A DNA stretch of 63,943 bases, the filler included, from Reticulomyxa filosa (Eukaryota > Protista > Foraminifera): NCBI GenBank assembly GCA_000512085.1. It is 21 parts of 21 records of this genome, joined end to end, with 100 filler letters (N's around TTAATTAATTAA, not from the genome) between each part and the next. Parts side by side here need not be neighbours in the genome. Positions count along the whole stretch, not along the records: positions 37,121 to 41,826 come from ASPP01028900.1; positions 41,927 to 49,271 come from ASPP01011061.1; positions 49,372 to 50,673 come from ASPP01003507.1; 18 more parts are not named here. One strand, 5' to 3'. Below, in pieces: positions 37,308 through 50,773 of this stretch (position 1 is its first letter; each line of letters begins with the position of its first letter). A model generated the notes under the pieces. It ran no database searches. It worked only from the letters and a program-made list of their open reading frames with translations, and was not told the origin of the DNA. The position numbers were made by a program, and so were the translations under genes.

Positions 37308-38332
37308 ATGCCAAAAGAAGAGGACAAATGTATTGAAGCATCAGAAGACGACTCTACCTCCGCTTCAGCAGAGCGTCATAATGACATTGAAGAAGAGTAC
37401 CAAAATGTGTTGAACAAAGCGTTGGAAGAAGCGTTTGCCAGCTATCTGGAAACAAAAAACAAGGAGGAAAGTAGGAACGAGAATAGCACAAAGGCGAGCA
37501 TAGTGATTGATGACAATGACGACCTCAAAGAAATCCAAAGCGAGGAAAAAGAAGAAGAAGGACAACAACAAAGAGAATAAATGGAAGCAGACATTGACAA
37601 ATTGATAAAAAAAGAAAATTCCTTGGGAAACAGAAACACCAAAGATTAAAGAAAGGATAGACAACACCAATGACAGAGACACGCGAGATATGGTATAGTC
37701 GACAGTTAACAGAGAAGCAGCTGAAGCGATTGGAGAGCTTGAAAGCACAGCAACAGCAACAGCAGCAGCAAAGCAAGACAAGCCAATTGAAGCGAGCGCA
37801 CGTGGTGCTAAACAATTACAAAAACTTTTGCATATGGAACATGCTATTATCATGGAGCGACCAAGACGTGTGCAACATGTCCAGTTGTTTCGAAGAGGTC
37901 AGCAGATGCCAAATCACAGATCCGACAAGGAAGGTCATGCGACTGCAAAAGAGGGCTCGCTATGTTAAAAAAAAAAAGACACTTCTTTTGCAGTCGCACG
38001 ACAACTCCAACAGCGACACACCGATCATGTTTCCACTGCTCTGTCCATCTTGGATCGCTTCGCCGTCCTCATCTTCACGTCATCAAGTCCATTCGAGCTG
38101 CGATGTACTTTTGATTCGTCTACTATTGTGCAGCCCTTTTATCAAGGGTCCATTTTATTGGGAAAGACAGTTTGTTTCTTTTAAAAAAAAGGGGTTACAT
38201 ACATACACATATATATATAGAACTGTAAACTTTTTTTTTTAAATAGGAATGTTCAAAGAACTTGGTCGAAATGGAACACCAAAAGACTTCATCGCAGTCT
38301 TCTCATTTTCCACGCTCGACCGCTTCCAATAG
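37308..38332 (+). pseudogene. Disrupted or mis-assembled hypothetical gene (acidic N-terminus, poly-Q)
   Basis: Coding-like ORFs at 37308 and 37670 in different frames with intervening stops; CAG/CAA tract at about 37748-37771. Confidence 0.35.
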
Positions 38333-39400
38333 GTTACATCAAAAAATTAAACATTCGATCCAAAAAACTACTTCGCTTCGAAAAAAGAGAAATTTGAAAC
38401 CTACTTAATCCATTCCGCTTTTGTTGATTTTATGTTTGTTATTTTGGGATTGCTGTGTCATTGCAATCTTTCGATGATGCAAACAAAAAAAATGTAACAT
38501 ATTTAATTGAATCTTGGACTTTGTGCGAGTGAATATGTCATTTCTAATTCAAAGCATTCACTGTTCTCTCTTTCACTAAAAACTAAATAAATCATTCTAA
38601 AATCATAAAATTTGCAACTAGTATATTTATAAGCTTTGAAAATAAAAAATAACTAAAAACAAAAATTGCTGTTTTATTTATCAATAAGACGTTATTGTGA
38701 TAACCCCAAGCGTGTAAACAAAGATTTAGATTATTTTTGATTTCTACGAGAATTTTCGCATTTCTTATTACTTCGCACACATCTATTTGTACAACATATT
38801 CAAATGTGATATTGCATACAAATTGTCGACAACAATTCATTTGTAATACATTACATGCCTTTTGCACAACATGATTTCAAATAATTGTAAGAATGTGATA
38901 AGTTAGTATGTGTAATAAATATATGTATACATATGTCCATTAAATAAATTTTTTATTTTGAATCCTTATGAATATATACATAAATATATTTTTTTGGATA
39001 CACTCAAACTTTCGAAGTGGGCGATTGTGTTTTGCTTAAAGACAAAACCACGAGCCAGTCTCAAAATACTTCTTCATTGTGATTGCTGTTCTCCAATCAT
39101 TTGACAACTGTCTCCCTTGTAACAAACAAGCCATGACCTTCTGTTGAATCCATCCAATTTAATGCTGAACATGTCGTCTTTCCCAAAATGGAATTTTCCA
39201 ATGTATTTGATTACACCTGCAAAAAGTCAATAGATTGTTTTTTTTAAGCTGTCAAAAATCGGTATGCAACTCAACATGTACGTATATAAAAAAACATCTT
39301 TTCTATTGTTAGTTAATTCAACTTTATCACTGACGACATAGTCACGAGTAATTGAGTAGTAAGGGTTATTATAGTGATATCTTGTACGATCTTGCACTTG

Positions 39401-40484
39401 TCAGATCATTGATAGTTCATTCACGTCATTATTGTCTACAAGTGTGTCGTCAGCGAGCTGACGATTGTGAGTGGGAATAATTTGGTCCAATGCAGTTTTG
39501 TTTACAAATTCATTTGAAAAGATATGTTCGTAGTGTCTCTTTGCTGCAATGTTGTCTTCATTCTGTTCGCCCAGCTGCGCAAAATTCTCAGAATCCGTTA
39601 TCATTGCCATCGGCTCTTTTGTCAGTTTCAAGATACCTCTCTTTTGGAGTACGCTGCGATCTTGACGCACACTCAGCCGTCGCTGTAGCGTTTCCACCAC
39701 TGGTTGCAATTGTGGTGTCATGTTTTTCTTTTCGATGGTTCCTTTTTTCATTAACTCTGCTTTGGAAAATCTTGACATCGAAAACAATTGCAAACTTTTG
39801 TCAACATTCATCAAATTTACTTCTTTCCACGGTTGGAGATTCCTTTTTTTTAATTGTGTCTTTTTGATAAGAGAAAAAAAGAAGTGTTTTTGATAGATTA
39901 TTGTATACGTTATTTCCCCCTTAGTGACCACTTTTTCATCATCTACGCAAAAAAAAAAATGTGTTTGTTAATTCAATCCTCACCCCTGGAATACTCAAAA
40001 ATTATAACTTTATCTAAATATTTTTGTTTGCAATGTAACAAGTCGCTTTTTTGTAGGTGCTGTGAATAGCCAATGTATTAAAATATTAGATTTCAAATAT
40101 TTTGAAATGAGATTGATCACAATGAAGTGGTAAACAATACATAAAAACGTGACCTTGTTAAACAGATTGAATGAGACAACAACAAAAATTGACGTCCTCT
40201 CTTGACTGTGAAGATAGGTGTACAACGTCAACCTGAATGCTGCCAATGTAAGGAGAGACCACAATAGGCAAGCGTATTTGTTTTGGCCGTGATGGCAGCA
40301 TCTTTTTTTCGAATGGTGTTGTTTTGAGTACACACTGGTTATTTTCTTTCTTTTTCGGTAACTGTTGCACTTTGCAGAGGAGAGTATTGGTGGAGGAAAT
40401 CTCAAGAGCAAGTTCCATGTTGTAGAATTTTGCTTTATTAGATTGTTTGAAAAGAAGAGCCAAAGCCACAGTTGTAATGTCCAA
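39401..40484 (-). CDS. Multi-exon gene or pseudogene with two degenerate RPEL-like motifs
   Basis: MSRFSKAELMKKGTI and LQRRLSVRQDRSVLQKRGILK at about 39626-39796. Confidence 0.45.
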
Positions 40485-42911
40485 GAGAGTTTTTTCTAAA
40501 AAGGGAAAACTTTTTGCGTCATCAATGTAGAGACTATATTTTCAATGATCGCAGATGCATTACCATTATTTTCTTCGAGTTGTCTCTTCAACTCTTCTTC
40601 CATTACATTACCACACAATCTTATTAGTTCTGTTGGGTACTTTCCTTGATCCTCACAATGTTGCATTCCTCTTTATTTACAGGACTCGTCACTTTTTTAT
40701 CTTCATATACGTACGCATATATTTCCTTTTTGGCCTATGCTATAACAAGGACAATCACGTGCGAACACTAAAAAGAATGTGCGTTTATTTCTACAGATGA
40801 AACAGAATCTTATCTTAACTACATCTGGACTGTATATTCTCCAAATAGTTAATTCTTCGGTTGCTGCAATTATCATTATTCTTTTTTTACTTCAAGGAAA
40901 AATGAAACACAGCTTGCAAACTTGGATGCACGTTATTAACGAGTGATACAGTAATTAAAGCAGATGATTTCCAAAAGAGATTCTCCTCACTTGCTTTGCG
41001 CCAGCCGAAAAAAAAAATTAAAAGGGAATAGAAAAATAAAGTAATTTACACGCTTGCTCATAATTTTGTTGACAACTGATTGCAATTAAAACATTGCAGG
41101 CATTGGACAGTGGGAAGTTATTTGCTTTTTAGTGATTGGGTGCTGTGTTTACAGTAGAGACAAACAACAATTTTTCAATTTGCAAATCACAATGGTTGGG
41201 AACTTCTTTCAATAATAAAGTTTGTTATCCAACACTAGTACTGTAAATTGCAAGCGTATTTTTGTGTCCTTGACGTTTCCATGTCACAATTAATATAAGA
41301 AGGCACCTTTGCTGTGACAATTGATGGGGTAGCTCATCGACTTTTTTTTTCAAAGACCTTTAATACATGCACTGCGATGATGATTGACATATTTCATCAT
41401 GTCGATTTCAAAATTTTATTGAATTTTTGCTTTTCTCATCTTCCATGCGAATCATTTTTGTTGAGTTGAGCAAGCTCAAAGCATCTCAACTCCACAGCTT
41501 TATCAAGCAACCAATTTTATTTTCGTTAAAGAAATCCTGATTTCTTTTCTTCTTGGCGCCACGTGATATATACATATATATATTTATTTAAATCAGCACT
41601 TGTTTCGTCATTCGGAGCCATGATCACAATGAAGAAAATGTATAACACTAAAAAAAGTATATTATACACAACTGACCAATATTGGTCTAATTTAATGAGC
41701 AATTGATCGATCTATCATCCATTAATATTTGTTGGAATGTAATTGGACAAGTTATTAGTAAGAAGCGTGCATGATATTGTTGTTGTTGTTGTTGTTGTTG
41801 TTGTCAAAGTTATTCCATTGATCGAGNNNNNNNNNNNNNNNNNNNNNNNNNNNNNNNNNNNNNNNNNNNNTTAATTAATTAANNNNNNNNNNNNNNNNNN
41901 NNNNNNNNNNNNNNNNNNNNNNNNNNTTTTTTTTTTTTGCACTTTATTACTACCCCTCCTCTAAAAAAGAAATGACTGAATCTATTTCCAATAACATAGT
42001 AGCAAAGAATAAATAATATCAAAAAAAAAGTAAAGGTGACTTTTTTTTTTTTTGGCTACAAACACGTATACTAAAAAAAATAGTGTTACCATAAATCTAA
42101 AAAAAAACAATGCAAAATATGCTCGTTTATCAACAGAAATTCTTTGTCATACCTTCGAATAATGCAATACCACACAGATCCCCCTCGTATTTCTCACTCT
42201 TCTCCACTTTGACAATGTTTTGAAAATTACCAAATCAATCGTTTTAACACAGCCCCCGATACCGTATGGTTTTGTAATGTTGGTAAATTCTTATAACAAT
42301 ATGTTCCCTGTTTGTGTCCCAAGTCCAAGAAGGTGATTTGGAAGATAATAGTAGTAAATGATTACCAAAATATTTTTCAAAAAACTAATGATTGAAATGA
42401 AAGCACGTGTACCAGCTAAACTGTTATAATATGGTTTTTTCCCTCACTTTTCCCACTTTCGGACGGGGTAAATCTTGTTTCGTTCACTTCAGCCAGTTAA
42501 CGCAATTTTTTTTTGCAACTAAGATTTTCTAGACAAGTTTTCAATTATTTGGCCAAAAGGGGTAGAATAATTAAACATAAATGACAAATCCTGCTCATCA
42601 CAAGTACAAAGTTTGTTTAGTATTACATTTTTTCTACCCATCATCGAGAATGTAAAGAAAGACGGAAACAGTCTCAATGCACCAGAAAGTGCTACAAAGA
42701 AGCAGATAAAGGAAAATATATTGACATCCGTCAAAAATTTTCACAACAACGGAAAAAAGCTTTTCGTTGATAGTTTATTATTACTTTTGTTCTAATTCCA
42801 AAGATGATATATTCACGTTTTAACCAATACTGTTAAAATGCACAAATATTTGTAGAGCCTATTAATTACTTATTCAGATTATCTCAAATCTCGTTCACAA
42901 GTTTAGTCCAG

Positions 42912-45661
42912 TCAATTCCTTATTTTTTCCTTTGCTTCAATTGTTTCGTCATGCCACTCTCCTAACACAACATTTGCTATTTTCCACGCCTCCTCATAAT
43001 ATTTTTGTGCTGTTTCAGTGTCTCCTTTTCTTTCAAACGACAATCCCAGATTCCAATTCGAATCACTAATATCTTGGGTCGCACCTAAAAATATCTCCTT
43101 CCTTATTTGCAATGCCTTTTCGTGATATTCTATGGCTTTGTCATATTGTCCTTTATCGTGATAGGCAATTCCTAAATTGTTATATGAATAACCAATATCA
43201 ACATGCTTGGGTCCAAAAATATCCAATCTTATTTTTAGTGACTTTTCATAACATTCAATGGCTTTGTCATGTTGTCCTTCGTCATTATAGACAATTCCTA
43301 AATTGTGATAAGATAAAGCAACATCAGCATGATTAGTTCCAAAGAGATTCAACCGAACATTCAAAGCTTTTTCGCAAAATTCAATTGCTTTATCAAACTG
43401 TCCTTTATCATGATATGCAAGTCCTAAATTGTTGTACGACCAACCGACATCAATGTGATTAGTCCCAAACATGGACAGTCTTATTTGCAATGCTTTTTCA
43501 TAGTATTCAATAGCTTCATCATGTTCCCCAATATTATCATGAATGATTCCTAAATTGTGATATGAAAAAGCAACATCAGCATGATTATTACCAAAAAGCG
43601 CTAATCGAATTGCAAGTGCCTTTTCATGGCAGTCTAATGCCTTGTTATGTTCTCCTTCATCATCATAGATAATTCCTAAATTATGATATGACCAAGCAAT
43701 ATCAACATGATTATTTTCAAAGATCTTCAATCTCAAATCCAAAGATTTTTCATTGTATTCAATTGCCTTTTGATATTGCCTTTTATCATGAAAGATCAGT
43801 GCCAAATTGTGATAGAATTGGGCAACAAAAGCATGCTTGGTTCCAAAATTATCCGCTATAATTTGCACTGCTTTTTCATATGTTGCAATTGCTGTAGCAT
43901 ATTGTGCACTGTCAGAATATGCATTTGCAATCATGTTATATGCGATAGAAACGTAAGGATGATTGCACCCAAATGCGTCAATACAAATCTGTAAATATTT
44001 TTGTAGATGAACAAGAGCGTCATCAAATAATTTTTTTTCCGAACATTGTTCTGCTTTGTCTTCAAGTTCTTGAAGTTGCAATGGAAGATCATGGTTTGTG
44101 TTGGTATTCCATTGTGAAATTGAAATGAACTGTCTTAACCTTTGATCAAAAATGGTATTTTTTGTCACAAATAATTGTGTTGTAATATTGACATTTGCTT
44201 GGCATTGAATTTCACAATTGATCGCATATACATTTCCGTCAATATTCACATCATTCAACACCACCAACTTGGTTTTAATTGCATACATCCAATATTCCCT
44301 AAATTGTTTTTTTTTCCATATTTTCTTTGTTCATTAACAGCATATGGAACGAATTAGCATCATTATTGACTGTAGTTGGATTTGTTGTATTTTGAGATGC
44401 AATAGCGTCATTGGTCACCACCACCAATCCTTGTTCGTTATTTTTCAGCATTTTCTCTACCATCTTTGCTGCTTCTACATTTGCTTTTCTCCAATATGTA
44501 TTCCAATGTTTCTTGAAATCTAAATTTTTTGGAGTGTCATCTATTAACACTGGTACTTCATATTTTTCTTCATCGTGACGAGATCGTGGTGTCAAATAAA
44601 TATCAGAATGAGTCGTTAAAATAGTTTGTATCACTTGTCTTTCTAACATTTGACCAAGAATAAGACTTTTCACTCTTTTAATGACAAACTCGAAGCTTTT
44701 ATCAATATTGTTTTCAATTACTTGGCAAAACACTTCAGTGAAATGACGCTCTTTCTTTTTATTGCCATTCCCTGCAGCTTCAGTGATAGAATTTCTTGGA
44801 TTATTCGCAAAAATTGTAAATATATCAGCATCGTGATTGTACCACAATCTTTTTTGATTATTTTCATTCACTCTTTTGATTTTCATTTGACTTGCTTTTT
44901 CTTGTTCTCCATATATAATTTTCATGAATATTTTTGGCTTCCCCATAAAATAATCAGTTCGAATTGCAAAATCGTCTTGAATATGTTTTAAAGGTTTGGT
45001 CTTCATATCACTTGTAATCAAATTATCTTCATTGCTCCCATATCCACACCATACAAATATCAACCCATCATAAGCATTTTTGTTATTGCTGCAATCATCT
45101 CTCAAATTCAAACAATGCTTCAAAATAAAATTGTTCAAATCATTCAAAGTAAGTGATTCCGAAGTTGGATTTTGGGAATTTAAGGTGTTGAATACATTAT
45201 AACCGAACTTTGTTTGAAATAATGTTTGCAATAAACACAGATCTTGCTTTGCATCTTCCAAATATGACTGCTGCTCATATTTTATTGCCCCTGCCAATAA
45301 TACTAACGGATTTTTTACTTCGTAGGATGACGCTCTTTTCTTTTGTGCGGTATCGTCTTTTTTGTTTTAAAATCCATTTTCATTGGTGTACTTTCTGTTT
45401 TGTATGAGTGTACAAAAAATGCAGAAAACCTGGTTGGAAATGTGCAGTAAAATGTGTTTGACCATCCTCGATAGCCAACTGGAGATGCTTATCTTTTTCA
45501 ATGTCGCAACCATCGCCATCAGTAATTTTAATCAACATGTTTGCTCGTTCGTCGAACTTGCTCTCTTCAATTATTTGTTTTTTTAAACAGTCGACAGTCA
45601 ACGTTGCCAATTTTAGCCGATATTTTTTGGAACCAATGGTTACAAACACATTCTGTGACAT
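42912..45661 (-). CDS. N-terminal PB1/CIDE-N-like domain + catalytically dead caspase-like domain + beta-rich linker + about 8 TPR (about 891 aa if the A9 frameshift is corrected)
   Basis: Phase-1 intron 45429-45357 joins ORF 45661 to the caspase-like frame (NPLVLLAGAIKY, YDGLIFVWCGYG, KPKIF). One A fewer at 44307-44315 fuses it to the TPR ORF (MEKKQFREYW-MYAIK). Confidence 0.75.
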
Positions 45662-45997
45662 TTCTAAAAGTTTTGAAGTTTCACAATAAAAAAATGATTA
45701 TGGATTACACTTTTTTTTTAAACCTTTTTTTTAACTGAAACAATAAAGCACATAACGACTAAATTTTGGACTAAACAATCAAATTTACATTGTATAGAAA
45801 ATTTAAAATGAAGTAAAGTTCAATTGTTGATCCCATAGATGCATTTTCAAAAAAAAAAAATGATTAATATATTGAAGTTTCCTTCTTCCGTGATCTTTCA
45901 CAAGTTCTAAAAATTCGATCCAATGATTTGAGAAAGTATTTCGAAGTGTACTTTTAAAAAAACCAACGTCAGGGGTGTCAAAGTGTTAATTTTGAAT

Positions 45998-47715
45998 ATG
46001 GACGAACATAGTCTAAAAGTGTCGTTCACCGAAGAATGCAAGAAGAAATTAAAGGAGGGAATCAATAATCCAACAGTATTGCAACAGTTGCAAAGTTGGT
46101 TGAAAACAACTAGCAGAAGTTTAGAAGAGTGCACTACAAAAAAAATGGACACAATTAACAAAATCTAAAACATGAAGAAAAACAATAGATTATCAAGATA
46201 AAGTGGAGGCATTGGGGAGCGAAGTCGAAAAGCAATTTGAGCATTTGAAAGCGGTAATAGTGGATAAAAAAGTGCAATTGCTGCAAGAGCTAGCTCGTCT
46301 GTCGGACAGGCATAACCACGAAATGGAAAGAGCGTCAAAAGTGTTAAAGCAGCACAAGATAAATTTAGGATTAAAAGCGACAGATGAAGAGCGATTAAAA
46401 AGTGGAATGGAGTCATTGCAATTATTGGATTGTTCTGTCAACAAAGAATTGCTTCACTTGTTGTCACAACAAATTTCATTGACCTATTTATCCGACGATT
46501 TGCCCTAAAGTTTTTTTTTTTTTTTTTACAAAAAAAAAAGCCACGTTATTTCATTATATACGTATACATCATATATTGTGTGACTCAGAGTCTGTCCAAA
46601 TGCTGGTTTGTAACCACGACAGTGAGTTCTACCATTGTGAATGAATGGTCCAAGATACTAGGTATTACTCTTGTGACCGCTGGAAATGTGCGTACTTGTA
46701 TTTTTGTTGCTGTGTACACACATACACCACCATTCACATATGCTGCAATATGAAATAGGAGATTTCAGATAAGATGTTGGATGAGAGAAACGGATTGCAA
46801 GAGAATATAAAGCAACTGAAATTGGAGGAGGAAATAATTGAAATGGGCCACTATGCACCTAATGACGAGCAACGCACATGCACTTTGGATCAAGTGCACG
46901 TGCAAAAACAAATCGACGTCCATCTATCACACCGGCAAAAGCAAGTCCCTCTGAAAAATGAAAAAGGAGAAGGTGATACTGACAATGGGAATGAAAAAGA
47001 ACGAAGACATGAAAATGACATGAAGAAGAAGAAACGAAAACACTCGAAAAAACAGAGCCATCATCAAAATAACGACGAAGAAGAGAGTCAAAATGAAGAG
47101 GATGAAGACGAGGACGATGAAAGTGATAGTAAGAGTTCGAGTGAAAGTGAAGATAGTGATGGAGATTACAAATCTGAAAAAAGTAGAAAGAGAAGCTTGA
47201 GCAATCACAAAAAAATACAGAGGGAACAAATCAAATATGTGAGCACCAAATTTTTATCACTTAGCGACGGAAAAGATAATTTAGGCCATAGTGTAATAGG
47301 GATATTCCCACTGTCACAACAAATTGATTTCGATTCGCTTTGCCAAACACATGAATCTGTTTGTGTGCGAAAGTTAAAGTGCAAGCTGAAACAATTTCTC
47401 CGTCAATTGGAAAAACAGAAACATGAACGAAAAGCCTCCAATCATGTTTTGGAGTTACAAATTCAGCGTATTACCCAAGTTATTAAAGCTATTTCGCACA
47501 AAACCACTGTCCACTATATGAGACTCTTCAAAGATTTTGACTTGTCTGAAACTTATTCCAATCTTTCGAAACATTATCAATTGGTACTCTTTTGTCGAGT
47601 TTTGTACACTCTTTTTTTTTTTTCCGTTAGTGCTTCTCCTCTTTTTTATAATTGTTTATTTGTGTGTTTTTTTACATAGAAATATAAATTACGAGGACAC
47701 AAAACGAGAAAATGA
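45998..47715 (+). CDS. Multi-exon coiled-coil protein with acidic/basic low-complexity region
   Basis: ORFs at 45983, 46203 and 46774 separated by intron-like segments; helical EVEKQFEHLKAVIVDKKVQLLQEL; transcribed divergently from the caspase-TPR gene. Confidence 0.6.
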
Positions 47716-48183
47716 GTCTTGTCTTTCAGCAAAGACAATGCCCAGCATTTCCAGTTTTTTCATTTCCCTTCTTCATTAAACTTGTGCAAAATTAATTATT
47801 CATTCATTTGCAAGAAACTTAACATTGAATGGAGAAACACTCCTTACTTTTTTTTTTTGAAGGAAAATCAGACTTTGATAGTTGTTGACAAAAGCAAAAG
47901 TGGAGTAATACGCATTCAAGCTTTTTTTTAAAAAGCAAACATCCAAAATGTATTCCACACAAAAACAAAGATAACATAAAAGTGAAGAAAAACAATCGAC
48001 AATGTATTGAAAACTGAACAACGGACAACTACAAAAGGGGAGCGGAGCAATTATGGAGGCATTTCTGGGAGGGTTATGCCTTTTTTTTTCGCAATCTCCC
48101 TAACACTTCGAATGAATTGCCTATTTTCGATATGAACAACAGCAAAAAAGTAATATGAGTAAAAGATAACAAGATTATGGTAT

Positions 48184-49197
48184 TCAATGGAAATTAAAAA
48201 CAAACCTTAATTTGTTAATTTCCAAGGTAGCATTGGAAATCAAATGTATTTTAGAGTCGACGGCTCTTTTGACTTCGTTTTTTAATTCGTCAATTTCTTG
48301 TTGTTTATGTTGCAGTTGATGAACCAGTTCAGTCTCTCTCACATTGTTTGGCACGGGGCTGGATTCGACTTTCAGTTTTTCTCTTTCATTGCCGTTACTG
48401 TTGCCGTTGCCAGTGCCATTGGCATTGCCACTATTGGTACCATTACTGTCATTGCTGTAGACAGGTGGATGAACATCCGAAGGGATTATTTGTGGGGTGA
48501 TCACTTGCACGTTATTTTTCAAAGTGGTGTCATGACCAGATGTGTTCGGATTGCCACGGATATCTATAATCAAGTTATTGTTTACAAACAAACCAATTGT
48601 CCCACGTTTAAAAGTTGAAAAGCAAAAGAGTTTTATTATAATTATTAATATTATTATTATTATTATTTTTGGTCATTTTTGATTGAAAAAGTTGTATGAG
48701 ATGTACAATATCAAGGTTTTTTTTTTTTTTTTATCAATTCATTCGTTTTTGTTTATTTGAATTGGCAATGTCGAAATGCAAGCAACACACCACCAAACAT
48801 GGTATGTTTGTTTTGTTTGTGATGGAGACATGACCAGTTACAATTGCATTCTCTTCTTTCTGCTGTTACATATTTTTGCACAACAAACATTCATTCGCCA
48901 CACGTAATCATAGTTTTTTTTTTTTTTGTAGTACGAACACGCACACATACATACACAGACAATTTATACCACTCAATAAAAAACAAAATGATTTACCTCA
49001 ACGGGTTGAACGGAAGAGTCAGAGGGATGGGGAGGAGGATCACGCGGATTGAGTAGATGAGCAGGGTTCGTGTGATGGCTATTATCATTGGAAGGTTCCA
49101 AGCGAGTTCCGATTTTTATTTTTTGTTCTTCGATGCGATTTGTCTCGTGGGAACCACCACTACTTGGTTCGGGTATCTTTATCAAGTGTAAAGACAA
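48184..49197 (-). CDS. Low-complexity / coiled-coil protein, partial
   Basis: Exon-like ORFs at 48973 and 48184; NG repeats; C-terminal coiled coil. Confidence 0.55.
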
Positions 49198-49371
49198 TCC
49201 ATCACCACAACAACAAAAACAGGAGGGGAGGGGGGTTATGTGTATGTGCGTATGTGCGTATGTGCGTATTCNNNNNNNNNNNNNNNNNNNNNNNNNNNNN
49301 NNNNNNNNNNNNNNNTTAATTAATTAANNNNNNNNNNNNNNNNNNNNNNNNNNNNNNNNNNNNNNNNNNNN

Positions 49372-49403
<32 letters not shown>

Positions 49404-49419
49404 TTATTTATTTTTTAAA

Positions 49420-50575
49420 AAAAAAATTGGAAGAAATAGAGAAAAACGGTGCTCGCACACTACGTATGGCAGCTTATCAAGGATGGGATGGCATAGTGCG
49501 AGAGTGTTTATTATGGCATGCGCACCACAAGACAATCCAAAACGACGAGCAGTTGCAACTGTTGAGCATTGAAATGGAAGCGGAAAATGGCAAGGACAAA
49601 AAGAAGGAGGAGAAGGAAGAGGAGAAGAAAGACGCGGAAATAGAGCTGGTGGAGCAAGAATCGATGCGAAGAAAGAGAACGCATCCAGAAGATCAGAAGG
49701 AAGAGCTGGTGATTCGACATCGCTACAGTGTCGGATCTGCCCCGCGGGCAGTCCTGCGAGCGATGGCAGTCGTCGTCGTCTTCGAGGAAGCAGTATCGCG
49801 GACTTGAAGGAGTTGCAACCACAAAAGTCCTTTGAAAGAGACCCGGAAAACAACAGCAGGATCATCATCATCACCAATGAGAGAGGCGAGCAGTTCGACT
49901 ATATCGACATCAATGCTCAGTCCAAAGAAAAAGAAAACGAAGGTATGTCATCGTTAATGTGGGCCTGTCATCACGGTCATTATCCGATCGTACGAATGCT
50001 TTTGGAACATCAGAAAGTGAGAATCAATCTTAATGCGCAAGACGCTGTTAAGTTGTTTTTTTTTTTTTTTTTTTTTTATAAGTTTGGAGACTAATAAATG
50101 AATACAATTTTTTTTTTTTTTTTTTTTTGCAAACATTGACGAAAAAGAATGGATTTACAGCTTTGCATCATGCAGTGTCCAGAATGTTGATCGACGAAGA
50201 AATGGTACGGTTGCTGGTCATTTCTGGATTGGATTGCAATATTGTCGACGAAAACCAACGGACGGCCTTGTCGTATCTGTGCGAATCGGGCGGACACTTT
50301 GGAACCACCACGGTCTTGGTTCTCTTGCAAGTCGGTGGGAAAAATCTCAATATCAACACGCCAGATGAAGTTTTGCATCATCTTTTTTTTGTTTGTTTGT
50401 TTGTTTGTTTGTTTGGTCGAATGATTCATTGCTATGTTTTGCACTTGCGTAGAATCTCATCACTCCACTTATGTACGCTTGCAGATCAGGACATCGCGAC
50501 ATTGTCGATACGCTACTGACTCGAAATGATTTGGATGTTCGAGCAAAAGACAAAGTTTCATTCTTTTTCTCTCTC
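49420..50575 (+). CDS. Ankyrin-repeat protein, partial, multi-exon, frameshift near 49740
   Basis: TLRMAAYQGWDGIVRECL, SSLMWACHHGHYPIVRMLL, GFTALHHAV, RTALSYLC. One extra C in the C4 run near 49740 joins ORFs 49394 and 49804. Confidence 0.85.
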
Positions 50576-50773
50576 TCTTCTTTTTTTTCTCCCAAGGACA
50601 GTCGAGAGGGATAGAGGGGCAGTCAAGACAAACAAGTGTTGTAATTGTTGTAATTCAAATTAATTATAACAACNNNNNNNNNNNNNNNNNNNNNNNNNNN
50701 NNNNNNNNNNNNNNNNNTTAATTAATTAANNNNNNNNNNNNNNNNNNNNNNNNNNNNNNNNNNNNNNNNNNNN

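Noticed and set aside
41777-41804. (TTG)n, (TTA)n near 10520 and (TA)n tracts
   Set aside because: Ordinary microsatellites in introns or at contig ends.
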